DNA from: Octopus bimaculoides | Taxonomy: Eukaryota | Direction of reading: 5' to 3' | DNA length: 64,000 bases | Assembly (NCBI RefSeq): GCF_001194135.2 | Contig: NC_068999.1 | Location: forward strand, 2,738,540 to 2,802,539 | In this document: one piece after another, positions 50,916 to 64,000 of the stretch | Position numbering within the stretch: position 1 is the stretch's first letter | Layout of the letters: every line of letters starts with the position of its first letter | The notes under the pieces: generated by a model | The model's input: the letters and a program-made list of their open reading frames with translations, nothing else | Database searches by the model: none | Told to the model about the DNA's origin: nothing | Program-made: the position numbers and the translations under genes

Positions 50916-52423
50916 CTGTGATAAAAAGTGATCTTTTAGTGGACAAAATCTACCATTTTTCTTGACTTAGATAAATAAAATTTATTCAGAACTTTGGGAC
51001 TGATATTTTCTCAAGGATTTCCTAATGTATTTATCATCATCATCATCATTTGTATTTTTCAATACCTGAATGGGTTGGATAGATGCTTCATTGCTATTCT
51101 CTTTCATCTCATCAACTGAAACTAAATTTCTTATAGTTTTGTCTGTCTCACATCTTTAACCCACCCCTCTCTGTGTCCCCATCCTTCATTGGTTGTGACA
51201 CCTACAAATATTTCTACAACTTACTCCAGCTGTAAATGGTATCAAAGAATTGGAATTGGTGAACTCTCAGGATTTTAGCCACTGCCAATGTCATATCTTT
51301 TCCATATTTGTTATGAAATGGAAGAAATTTTGATTGGGAAATGTTGTGGCACGTTTTGCTGTCTAGCTTTTTTGAGACAAATTTTGTTAGTTTTGTTCTT
51401 GTAAAAAGATCATTGACTCAGCACTAACAATTGATCACACTCACAGAATAGGACATGCTGTGGTGTTGACTGTACTTTGCACCTGTCATACATAGAGGGA
51501 ACTTTTACCTACTAAGTGTGTGGATAATCTCAGTTGTTCAAAGGTTTTTGACTCATCCTTAAAACTTGATCATATTTTAATTAGTTTGTCTGTAATTTTT
51601 TGGCAAATTCTGTCAAGAACCAGGCCATCAGCATATAAATCTTAGCAAAGATAATTGTTGTGTTTGTTTAAATCTCTGAAAAGTAGAAGAAATAGAACTG
51701 GGCTGAAGACGGTAAAAATTCCTCTCTGATCTTAAATATGTTGACAAAACATTTCATCAAATATTTCATATTGAATAAACAGTGAAACATTTTGATACAT
51801 TAGAAATTATTTTCTTCCAAGCATCAAATCTTACTAATTTGGTTTCAGTTGTTGCATTCAGAGAAACCCCTTCTCCTCCCCTTTTATTTNNNNNNNNNNT
51901 GTCGGGTTAAAACTTTATAGACTTAGTTTCTGTAATTAGTTTGAACTAAAGTAATGAATAATTGCCTCCAACTCCCATTTCATTATTTCATTATTTCATT
52001 TTTTATCCTCTTTTGTTTCTGAATTATGGACGATTTATTTACTTTCTCTATTAATAGAATAACTATTAATAGAGGTGCATTTTCAATTTTGAATTCTACT
52101 CTTTTCAATTTATTTTATTGTATTTGTATTTCTTTTTACTGACAAAAGCTTTTAAAGTAAATTATCTAAAATGGTTTCTCAAGTGTAGTGAGATGTGCTT
52201 CGGTGAATTGAATATTATAGAGAGCAAACAGAGGGTAGGGGGAGAGGGTGACGGGCTTGCCGTGGTTGTTTGAGTGTGTAGAGTGTGTGTAAGGTGATGG
52301 CGGTGAGTGAGAGATGATAGCATGATGTCAGCCAGCAACCACAATGTAACAAAGATGTAAAAATATTAACTGAATGCTTGGGTGGGAGGCAGGCGGGACA
52401 TGTGTTGGTGAGGTGGGCGAGGG

Positions 52424-52457
<34 letters not shown>

Positions 52458-53292
52458 GAGAAGCCACTTCCTTCAGTTGTACAGACCTCTTTGACATGGC
52501 AATTAAGTAATTTTTCAGTGAAATAAAATTAGCAAATATCAATATATGAGAAGTTGTTTCTAAATGGAGTGAAATCATAAGCACTCTACAGATTGAACTT
52601 GAGATATTAACTCTTTTGTTCACATCATAATACATGTCTATGAATATAATTTCTTAACGAAACGAAGCTCGTCGTCTGAAATGTTGTTTGTCTGCTTTTA
52701 ATGATAATAGATTTGCTGAAGGACCATTTTTGTCAAGTACAATCTTATTGAAATGGAAAGAAAGAAAAATTGAAAAACAACAAAAAAAATATCTAAATAT
52801 AAAAATAAAAGGTTAAAGAAAAAAAAGAAAGAATCTTAACCTTAAATAGGCACTCAAACAAAATGGTTTTTGTAAAGATGCATTATATTTATGTTCCTTT
52901 TAATTTCACCTCATCATCTTACACATTGCTTGACATTTTTCTTAAATATTTCATTGAAAAATATTGTATTGGTCAATTGAAATATTGTGTGTATCAGTCC
53001 ATAAAGCAATCATCATCATCATCATTTTTTGTTGTTGTTGTCGTCATTTAAAATTAAAAAGGGGTTCTCTTCAATGAGATGTTTAATGATAATAAAAAAC
53101 ATTAATATTTCCCCACTGTTTCCATTTATTTTATTAGCAACGTTCTGTCTTGTACTTCGTCTGTTTTGTACTCTTTGTTGAATCTGTGTGAAATTCATTT
53201 TAGCTAATTGCTAATCAGTTTTCATTAGTTAACTTAAAGTTCTATCAATTATGTTGATGTGTATTTATTTTGAAGACACAAACCACGCGAGT

Positions 53293-53334
<42 letters not shown>

Positions 53335-53614
53335 CAGTGACACTTCTTTTGTAGGTATGAGAGAAAGAGAGAGAGAGAGAGAAGGCAGTTTTAACTTTTG
53401 GAACTCTTTGACACTTTTACATAACAATAACCACAACAATAATAATATTTGATAGGCGCAGGAGTGGCTGTGTGGTAAGTAGCTTGCTTACCAACCACTT
53501 GGTTCCAGGTTCAGTCCCACTGCATGGCACCTTGGGCAAGTGTCTTCTACTATAGCTTTGGGCCGACTAAAGCCTTGTTAGTGGATTTGGTAGACGGAAA
53601 CTGAAAGAAACCCA

Positions 53615-53696
<82 letters not shown>

Positions 53697-55437
53697 GTCA
53701 CAGGGACACCTTCCACATGAAAGACGTATAGTCAAGTGCATGTGCTAACCTGATATAATGAACTCCTCCACTCATTTAAATGTTTAAAAAATGCTTCACT
53801 GCATTATATATGTTAAGCTGCACTTAAAGAGTCAGGGTTAGAAAATAACAATTTCCTGGTGGGGATGGTGGTGGCGGTGGTGGGTGGTGGCAGTGGTCAC
53901 GTAGGTTGTGATGATGGGTGAAGTAAGAGGAAATAATAAGTGAGTATGAGAATAAGTATTTGACTTACTTTTTTGAGATGTTAAAATCTAGGACTAAATT
54001 TTTGTTGCTGACTGACACTGATTAAAAAAATAAAATTTACTTCCATGTGTGTGGCGGGAGGAGTGGTACCTATTGCTTTCCTGGGTCCTTTTTACGTTAT
54101 TCTGATGGTTGTTTGTAAACCCCAAGTTAAAGCTGGTACATAAATGGTCAGTGAAACAACTACGTGGACTCCACCAAACACATTGCTGGCTTAGTTTGCG
54201 ACTCCAGTGCAGCATGCAGGGGTTTATTATTGAAGAAAGAATAGCATGACAGTAAGTATGCTGTTTTGGGCCCCCAGTGTTCATCAGGGATGGTGTTGCA
54301 GCAGTGTACTTGTGTGTGTGTGTGTGTGTGTGTGGCAGGAGAAGGCGACTAAACGCTGAAACATGGAAAAGTGGACAGAACATTGGTTGGAGTAAGGTCC
54401 TGTGATACCTTCAGTAGGTGGGTGGTTTGATGGGGGGGGGGAGTTTGAGCCTAAGAGATGAGAGATGGAATACTTATAAGGGTGATGGTGGTATTTTAGT
54501 TTGAAAGTTCTTGAATTGGATGTAGTGATAGAGTTTGTTGGTTATTAGAGTAAGAAGGCCGGTGAGCTGGCAGAACTGTTAGCATTCCGGACAAAATGCT
54601 TTGCGGTATTTCGCTCGTTGCTAGGTTCTGAGTTCAAATTCTGCCGAGGTCAACTTTGTCTTTCATCCTTTTGGGGTTGATAAATTAAGTACCAGTGAAA
54701 CACTGGGGTCAATGTAATTGATTAGTCTCCTTCCCCAGAATTTCAGGCCTTGTGCCTTTAGTAGAAAGGACTATTAGAATAAGAATATTGCTTTTATGTG
54801 AGATTTTAATGGGAGATTTAGAGGTTGACATGAGAAAGTAAAGCTCCAGTGGAATATCTGTACTGAGGCGATTGATGAAAGAAAAGAACTGGGTTTGTTG
54901 TTGAAGGATGAGGACTTGGAGCAGTGCTGAGAGATGAGGAGGACTGGGGTTGGTTGGTTCCATCTGTTTCCATCAACATTGAGAAAGTTTTTAGAATGTG
55001 AAAAAGTAACATAATTTCAACAAATTAGTATTTTATGTAGATTCTTAATAACCCTAAATTGGATCATTTGTGGAAGACTAGATTCTTATGTAGAACTGTT
55101 TCAACCAATAATAATACTACTGACAATTCTTTATTACAAATAAAATTACTAATAGGGTTTTTTTTTTGTTTTTTTGTTTTTTACGAAAAAAATCAATGTT
55201 TAATGGTTATTTCTTGGTAATTACTGACACTACTACCCACCCACCCCCCACTCCCTCACCCACCTCCTTCACTATCACCACCACTACCAGCTTTTACTCT
55301 AACCCACCCCCATCCATTGTGTATAAGTCTTAAAGTAATTCTGTTAAGTCTAAATAAGAATTAAGAATAATAGTTTAATAAAAGTGTGTGTATGTGTATA
55401 GATGCATAGTGTATGTGTGTATATATATATGTATATG

Positions 55438-55526
<89 letters not shown>

Positions 55527-58099
55527 ATAAATGAAATAAAACAATTGTAGACAAATTACAAGCAAGACTTAACAGATGAAGGAGAATGAAGAAATATTCT
55601 CTTAATTGCTTATCAAAGAACAGAGAGGGAGGGACAGAGGGGAGGAGGAGGGGGGACAGCTATCAGTATGAAATTGGCCAGAAAATTACAAAACATTCTT
55701 TTTAATTTTATTATCTAATGAACTATCTTTTCATTGGCTGAATTTACCAGCTTTCATGTCAATTAGTCTGATAAGAAAGTCCCTCTAATCAGCGAGACAA
55801 CCATTAATGAAATTAGCTAAAGTTTGTTAAGCTGTGCATCAACCAATAAACGAAGTTACAAGCCCGTTGCCGTTATTATTATGAGTCTCCAAAATCAAAC
55901 ATTTTGCAAGACAAAAACAATTATTAGCATTTCGCCGAGATGTCAGTGTAGTTAGAGGAGTAAAGACAGCAGCACTAAAGTTTTGAGTTCAATCTCTTGA
56001 CAGGTCTCTTTCAACAAATCCACAAAAGACAGATTTTTTTTTTTTCATCTAATTTCCAATAAAATCTCTAATTTGTTCCATTAAATTTCCTCACTCATCA
56101 ATTTTACTTTTAGCATAAATTACTGTTAATTATTCCATAATTGACAGTGTGTGTGTGTGTGCGTATGATGTTTTACACGCACATGTTTACATATATGCAT
56201 ACATATATATAATGTATCTACACATGCATACACATACATATATATATATGCATATTGATATATATATATATGTATATATATACACACACACACACATATA
56301 TATATGCATAAAAATACGCATACACCCTCACCACACCATACATATCATCATGATTCAGCATCATTGTTTCCACTTTCTCATGCTCGCATGAGCCAGGCAG
56401 ATTTTTCTATGATTGGATGCTCTTCCTGTTACAACCCTCAACTGTCACTTGTCCTAGGTGTCAGGTAGTGGAACTGAACCCATGACCACATTGTTGGGAA
56501 TTAAGCTTCTTAATCACACAGCCATACATGTATCTGTACACACACACACACACACACACACAATTTGAGGGGACTGGTTCTAGGTTCCCTACACAAATTC
56601 AAATAGCAAGATCATGGAAAACTAATGACAGTCACTTAAAATGCTATTTTATGATGTTACTGTTTACTATGAAAACTGAAATAGTTTCATCGTACATCTA
56701 GAACCTGACACACGTTACAAGTGTTTACTGTGAAGTGTGAGCTATTTCTCTCAAACATCTCTCTTGGTCACTGAAGTCATTCTAATTGCAGTGGAATCAT
56801 ATTCAAAACCAAACCTAAGGCTGTCTTTGATTTAATAGTGATCAGTGTGTCTGTTAACCTTCATTGTATGTCACAGGGCGGTGAGAAGCAGTTTGGGTGT
56901 CTGATGGCAGGCTGAAATAAATGCATGTGATAGGAATTCTACCTGATGTCACACAATTTGTGACTGGCTGGTGTTGTTAGATGTCTCACAACTTTCAACA
57001 ATAATTTCCCCAATGCTCAAATAAGGCTGAACTTTAGATGTAGAGTTGTAATTCTCTCTTTCTCTCATATTTTAATTCAAAATGTTTAAAATTCAGATAA
57101 ATTCTTCTTAAAAATTAACTAAATATAAAGTCCAAGAATGACCATCATGCATTGTCCTGTTAAATATATTTCTAATATCAAACTGATGATATTCCATATG
57201 AACATTGGTTTGTAATGACAGCTTAGTCATTTCTGGTATTTCTGTTGAACAATATTTAAATTGTTAGATAGGGGTGATGAATGTGATTTTAAGGGCACTG
57301 GTGAATTTATTGGTTTAATTAATGTTAATTTAAACCCAAGGGAATCTAATTATAGTATTACTTCATCGACATGGCATTTACTTGATAGTGTCAACTGAGT
57401 CAAGTTTCCATGATTACGTCACTGTATTGTGAGAATAGACCGAGTGGACCTGTTTGTATTACTGGTATCTCTAATGAAGTTGTCCTCTCACTGTAGCTAT
57501 TGCATCTAAAATATATCGAGCAAGTTTCAGCTGGTTTAGTTTTATTAATTGTTGGTGAGAATTGTGGAATTTTGTGTAAATTTGATCAACAACTTCTTCT
57601 GTGATTGGAATTCAACATTTAAAGTTGCCCATAATTTCTCAGAAATGAGAATAGTTTCTCTTTTGAAAAAAGTTAAGCAAAAATATTTTTGTTTCTTTTG
57701 AAATGGTAAAATTTCTCTCATTTCTTGCGCTTTTCTACACTTTCTTTTTTTTTTTTTACTTGCTTTCTGTTGTTATTTATACATTTTAGTTTCGACTGAA
57801 ATAGTTTGTGAATGAAATATTAAATTTCTATAACGAACAAATAAGAAATAAAGATAAAATAAATGAAAAAAGTAGGGAAAAAAAAATTAATTTCTTGAAA
57901 ACAAGACATTTCTTTTAATGATGTCATTGAGAGTTTGGAATATAATGTCAATGGCTGGAGGTAAATTGTTATTTCTTGAAATTTGATTAACTCTAACTAA
58001 AGTCTCGGCAGTGAACTGTCCTAAAGATGTTTCCATTCTATTAATTTGATGTTCATTCATTTAAACATGTTATACTGCTGGCATGGCATCACTTTCTCA

Positions 58100-58135
<36 letters not shown>

Positions 58136-60007
58136 GTTCACAATCACTGTTGCCAGTACAATAACCACCACCACCACTGGATGGGAGTTGCTTCATTGTT
58201 CTCTCCAATCACTGTTAACTTGCAAGATTTTTATCGCTGTAGACATCAAAGAAATACACACACACACACACACTCACACTCGCTCTCTCTCTCACACACA
58301 CACGGAGGAGTACATTATCAAGAATCGTTTTTTGATGAGCGGGGTGGGAGGTGTGCAGGGCGGGGAGGTGTGCTGTGGGTGACAGTTAATTCTGTTCATT
58401 ATAGTAATGAACGACTAGTTATATAGTGTGGCTAGTTGGGAAATCTTGATTAGTCTTAAATATTTCTCAGCATCTTATTAGTAATCAAGCTGTAGCGGTA
58501 ATATTTCCTCCACTACTTAAACAACACTCTGTGTATGTGTGTGTAGGGGGGGGGGGGTGCCTGTAGCAATGATTGCAAAGACGTGCTGCTAATATACTAA
58601 TTAGACCGACTTCATTTGTTTGGTGTCTTCCACTAATTATACGTCCATCTTTCTTCTCTCCTCCTCTAACATATATTTTAGCTTCGGCAACTTTATCATT
58701 AACAGCCTCTCACATGTCACAGTTGACACGACAGAAAGCTGGTTCACTTCTAACTAACATCCTCTATACTTTCATTGCCTTTGTTCAATTTGTGTGTCTG
58801 TGTCTGTGTGTGTGTGTGTGTGTGTGTGCTTGTTATTTGTGACAACAACATCTAAGGAGCTACTCTTTATTTAACTCTTAAAAAGAGTAGGGAGTTCTTT
58901 TTAGATAACATAAAAATAGATCTGTTATTGCATCAATGTTTTTTTCCTCTTCCTGTTTTTTTATTCTTTTTTTTTCTTTGTAAGAAGTTCCAATAGAGTC
59001 TTGTAATTGCATAGGTTTGCTATGTCTGTCGTATCTTGTGTCCATACCAGCTATCATCCACTTCTTTGTTGTATGTGGGAATGTAATTTTAATAACGGAG
59101 GATTGTTGAGTTCAGAGAAGAGAAGTGGTTTACCAGTTTCTCTTATAAATAAATGTCCCAGTTCCCTTATAAATAAATAAGTCCTGACTACAGACAAGAA
59201 ATTTAGTTTTATAACCTCTTGGAGTGGTTGGCGTCGGGAAGGGCATCCAGCCATAGAAACGATGCCAAATCAGACTGGAACCTGGTGCAGCTCTCTGGCT
59301 TACCAGCTCCTGTCAAACCATCTAACCCATGCCAGCATGGACAATGGCCCCGAACAAAGATCATCAATCAGTTGTAAAGAGGGACAAGAGCGAATTCCAT
59401 TTCTGTTTTTATAATAAGAGGATTATGATGATGATGATGATGATGGTGGTGGTGTGTTCGTCTGATTAAAAAACCATCTTTTTTTTTTCTCTGCCTCAGT
59501 TGTAAAAAATATATTCTGTGAAATCTCACAGATCCACGCTTTTTAGTGTGGATTGACTGATCTATAGTTGGAAACTTCAACTACAGCTGTGAAGTAAAAT
59601 AACAACTGCTGCAGTGGTGGTCATGGAACAAATCAAAGTGGTCGCTCAATCTGTTAGAAATAGCAGTCAAATTCTTTCTTGAATCCTATCTTGATGGAAA
59701 AGAAAAGAAAGCTTTGAATATTTTAATTCTTGACATACCTCATAAAAGGTGGGAGGGTCATGTCTGGAATGCTTTTGATCTTAGGTCTGTCTACTCAGTA
59801 AGGTTCATCCTGGGGCTAAACAACAATAACTGATGAAAGGAAAGTCAGACATACTGTTGTGACTGCATCAATAGTTAATGTGTAACTTTATATCATTATC
59901 CTACCCGCCTGTAATGAATGATCAAATATTTAATATTAATAACGACACTTCTTCACTTGTTCTGGTCCATTGAACTTCATGTTTTTGATGACTCTCTTCT
60001 CTTCTAG

Positions 60008-60121
60008 ATGACCTCTGACTTCCGCAACCTCTACGATGACGGTGTCATTGTTGAGGTCCTCATCACCCAACCCATACATGGAGATCTACTGCACAAAACC
60101 AGAAGTTTGATGGAGGTCACT
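60008..60121 (+). CDS. ATP6AP2: ATP6AP2 exon 7 (MTSDFRNLYDDGVIVEVLITQPIHGDLLHKTRSLMEVT)
   Basis: Aligns to LYGGNAVVELV...IRKTRTILE; follows a ~14.9-kb intron. Confidence 0.92.
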
Positions 60122-61343
60122 GTAAGTATTCTGCTGAGATTCTAAAACAAATTGCTAGAACTTTTATAGGAATATAACATACCTTGTGGTATTATTTCTG
60201 TCCTTTGAGTCCTGAATTCAGATCTCACTGTGGTTTATTTCAGTTGTAGACTTCATTGGTCACTTGACCCTTGAACCTTGGTCATCTTTAGCGGAGTCCC
60301 TCTCTGTTGTTAAGTATCGAGGCTCACTCTTCTGTTGGAGGAGAACTTCTCCTTTCTTCTCCTTTCTAGCCTTGTGGCTCTCTGGAAAGGGTCAGAGGTA
60401 GATCCTTAAGAGCCACAGAGCTCCTTGGTGGGGACCCGACCAGAATATGGAGGGGAAAGTCAACCTGAGTAGATGTATGTATTGTTGGTTGCTGTGGAAC
60501 TCATGAATTCCCTTTTGCCTTTGACATTGTTTTGCTGTTATAGTGTTGATGCCCAATATATTACTGGTACTTCTATTTATTGATTCTAGGTCTAAAAAAA
60601 ACCTTGTTAAGGCTTTAAATGTTACTGCAGTGGCTATAATGCTTTTCCTGCTTACAATGCAGTGAGTGGTAGCAGTAGCATGGGGACGTACTGTAACCAC
60701 ATCCACCGTTTGTTGGTGATTCTCTGGATGATGATTCTGCACCTCCCAGGCGACCACCCTCTAATCTGTGAGTCTATTTGGGTGGTCATTACTGGTGAGG
60801 GTTTTATGAGGTTGGAGTGCAGATCCTGCCTCAACCTCTTTTAGTTGCCTTTTATGATGTGCTGAAGAAATGGGTCCATTCTTTAATGTGCTGGTTCTCA
60901 CACAGCACTAGAGTGATGTGAAATGAAATGTTTTGCCTAAAAAGACAACATGCTGCTCTGTCTGGAAATGGAACCCATGGTCTGGCGATCATGAGTGCAG
61001 CACACTAACCACTAGGCCAAGTCTTTACTATGAAGATTCTGCTTAATTAGGATTCTATCTTTGAACAACTGCATGTCATAAAAAGATGTGTCCAGGTGGT
61101 AATTCTTTGTGTGTGTGTGTGTGTGATACCAGTAAGAACAATTGTAGTTTAAGTGTATTAATTCCTGATTATTTGAGAATAAATTTTATTCTGCTATTTC
61201 ATTGGCATCACTCTATGGAATGTAATTTACCATTTTTCAGGAGACTATAGAGAATTATTAATATTTTCCCAAAATACCTTTAACCAACCCTAAACCCATC
61301 TTTTAATTTTCCTGATTAATTCCTTATACATTTCTCATTTCAG

Positions 61344-61541
61344 GAGACGAAACGCAATGGTACCTTAAACCTCGTTGGAAACTACTCTGACAATTATGCT
61401 TCCGTTTTCAACATTATTCTGTGGGGGATGATTGTGCTGATGGTTGCTCTTTTTGTTATATCTTATGGTATTTGGAACATGGATCCAGGCCGTGACAGTG
61501 TTATCTACAGAATGACCAGCCAGCGATTGAAAAAGGAATAA
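61344..61541 (+). CDS. ATP6AP2: ATP6AP2 exon 8, TM and cytosolic tail (...NYASVFNIILWGMIVLMVALFVISYGIWNMDPGRDSVIYRMTSQRLKKE*)
   Basis: Diagnostic WNMDPGxDSxIYRMT motif; total CDS 1089 nt = 362 aa plus stop. Confidence 0.97.
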   Translation, partial: ETKRNGTLNLVGNYSDNYASVFNIILWGMIVLMVALFVISYGIWNMDPGRDSVIYRMTSQRLKKE

Positions 61542-61819
61542 TTCTATCTTTGGTTTTTCTGCGTCGTAGAAAATTAATTGAAATTTCTGAGTGAAAGTTT
61601 GTTTGCAGAGGCTTGAGACATATTTCAGTATAGACAGCAGCTTAGGTTGTTAAAGCTGTCTTACTGATGCGTGTGTGTGTGTATATATATATATACATAT
61701 ATACACACACACACACACACATGTATATGCATACATACACACATCATAATGAAATGATGATATATATATATATATATGTGTGTGTGTGTATGTATATATA
61801 TATGCATACATACACATGC

Positions 61820-61852
<33 letters not shown>

Positions 61853-61884
61853 CATATATATATACACATACATATATATATATA

Positions 61885-61921
<37 letters not shown>

Positions 61922-62893
61922 CCATCAGTAAGATTGTTACAGCTGTCTTACTGATATATGTGTGTGTATATATATGTATGTATAAAACTATTAGTGAGGT
62001 TGTTTTAATTGTTTTACCTCTACAGCAATTCTCTACATACATGTATAATAGATCTTTGCTAGTTACTGTTGACCAATAAATCAGTTAATGTTTTTTAGTT
62101 TTAATTCACTGATGGATCAAATTAACCAGAAGCTTTATATTTTTCTTGTTGCTAGTCAGGCTCTGCTGTACTTAACTCTCACAAAATTCTCAACTTTACA
62201 CTCCTCAATCGTTTAATTATTTCATAAGTTTTATCAAAACTAGGATTTTCTGTTTTCCTACCAAAAGTTTAATCTCTTTTTGTTTTCAGCAGATTCATAG
62301 CAATATTTCATTTTAATCATGTATTTATATTTAAATATATGAAAATAAGTTTTTTGAGTGAGAAATTATTGTTGAGATGTGGAGTATTCTACAAACTTGT
62401 CAAGTTTGGAATTAATTTCTGAAGATTTTTCAGTGAATCTTGACTTTGGTTGCAGTAATTTCTTGTGACACAATTCCATATTTTTTTCTGTTTTATTTCA
62501 AATATAAACTTTAGACTTTCAAATATAAACTTTAGACTTTCAAATAGAACAATCTTCTTGATAAATATTGTGTTTGACTGGGTATGTCTACAATTTTAGG
62601 GGTAGATTTAGGGGTACATAGGTCTGATCTTTCTGTTAGAAGATCAGATATTTTCAAGTTTGACATTCCACTGTAAAAACCAATAAATTGTTGGATTGGG
62701 TCATGTTTGTTAAAGCATGAACACCCTCACATCCACACAACAGCTGCCCTTTCTGATAAACCAATTCTATTGTTCCAATTCCACTTTGTTTTATTGTGAT
62801 ATATTTTGTTTATTTTTTTTGTTTTTTCCAAATAAAATGTTAATTTTATTTTATTTGTTGTTTTGTTTTATTTAAATTTCATTTTGGTTGTCT

Positions 62894-62997
62894 TCAGATT
62901 TTCATGACAGCCTGAACATCCCCTCTGCCTTTTTTAACCTCTTCCAATGTCTTCGTTCCAACTCTAGTCAGTTCACTGTTACAAATTCTTGGTTTGT
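62894..62997 (-). CDS. Candidate terminal exon of an unidentified minus-strand gene (KPRICNSELTRVGTKTLEEVKKGRGDVQAVMKI*)
   Basis: ttttccag| acceptor, open phase-1 frame to TGA, several AATAAA downstream; no family recognised. Confidence 0.35.
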
Positions 62998-63879
62998 CTG
63001 GAAAATATTCTTCATAACAAAAATGTTTCCATATTTCTGAAAATTGGATCACTTCTTTTTTGGCTCTTTCTGCATTGCCATCTCACACACACACATTCAC
63101 TTACATGTTCACATACACTTGCACACACACTCACATTAACGTGCAAGTGGCTGAGTACTCTACAGACAAGTGTACCCTTAACGTAGTTCTCGGGGAGATT
63201 CAATATGACACAGTGTGTGACAAGGCTGACCCTTTGAAATACAGGTACAACTCATTTTTGCTGGCTGAGTGGACTGGAGCAACGTGAAATAAATTGTCTT
63301 GCTCACGGGCATAATGCACCACAAGGAATCGAACTCACAACCTTATGATTGTGAGCCAAACACACTAACCACTAAGTCACATGCCTTCAACACACACGCT
63401 CACACATACATACGCATACAATGATACATATTCACATGCACCCCTCACCCCCAGACACTATTTTATCACCAATCAATAAATTCCTAATCAATTCACTTTG
63501 TTATGTTTTTCAACTTCTTAAACGTTTCCTCTGTTTATTGGAAGTTTTTCTGTGTGTCAGCCGACATTAATTTCCTGGTACTTCAATCGTCCTTTTCTGT
63601 GCTAACCATTCTCTGTGGAGGTGTTACATTGCTAAGAGGACCAGTTCTAGGTTTTCTTTTTTTATACTCTCGAAAAATATTCCAACTTCAGTTCGTTTCG
63701 CTCATTGTTACACCTGTCAGCTGCTGTTAAAGACTTACCTGGTTTGCTGCTCGTCACAAACAATAGACAATAAACGAGACAGTGGTGTAGTACGTTGCAT
63801 TGCGGTGTTGTGTTGTGTTGTGTGTCACGGGGTAATGTTGTAGTATAGCGTGGTGCATTGTGTTTCGGTGCTACCAAAC

Positions 63880-64000
63880 AGGCAGACGGACAGACAGACA
63901 AACAGACGGACAGACAGGCAAGCAGAAGGCAGACGGACAGACAGGCAAGCAGAAGGCAGACGGACAGACAGGCAAGCAGAAGGCAGACGGACAGACAGGC
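63880..64000 (+). repeat. 27-bp tandem repeat (aggcagacggacagacaggcaagcaga)n running off the window end
   Basis: About three visible units built from CAGA tetramers. Confidence 0.9.

Noticed and set aside
53245-62000. ORFs rich in HT/YI/CV repeats
   Set aside because: They are translations of (CA)n, (TA)n and (TG)n microsatellites.

Overview
AT-rich, intron-rich animal DNA from a gapped draft assembly. The SINE/LINE/microsatellite content looks like an octopod cephalopod (inference from repeat content). Three conserved genes were rebuilt by hand with GT-AG junctions and consistent phases; the supplied ORF track mostly misses them. (1) The 5' end of POLA1 (DNA polymerase alpha catalytic subunit), minus strand, 5 exons from 6928 to 1242, continuing off the window start. 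(2) A CTP:phosphocholine cytidylyltransferase (PCYT1/CCT), plus strand, 17069-28697, with the last exon partly in an N gap. (3) A complete ATP6AP2 ((pro)renin receptor / V-ATPase accessory protein), plus strand, 8 exons, 37945-61541, 362 aa. There may be a terminal exon of a fourth, minus-strand gene at 62894-62997. Repeats include a decayed Ty3/gypsy LTR element with a tRNA-Trp PBS in POLA1 intron 1, RTE LINE fragments, a Tc1/mariner transposase remnant, a Tigger-like MITE, many tRNA-derived SINEs, and mini/microsatellites. The best leads are a Penelope-like palindrome carrying hammerhead-ribozyme cores, a telomere-repeat palindrome in POLA1 intron 1, an over-long (>=26 nt) tRNA-Trp PBS, a His codon in ATP6AP2 one A-to-I edit away from the furin site, candidate extra N-terminal exons for CCT, and the POLA1-PCYT1 head-to-head linkage shared with human. 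No CRISPR, rRNA or intact tRNA gene is supported. Exon coordinates are hand-counted; repeat boundaries are approximate; comparisons with other species are from memory, not database searches.
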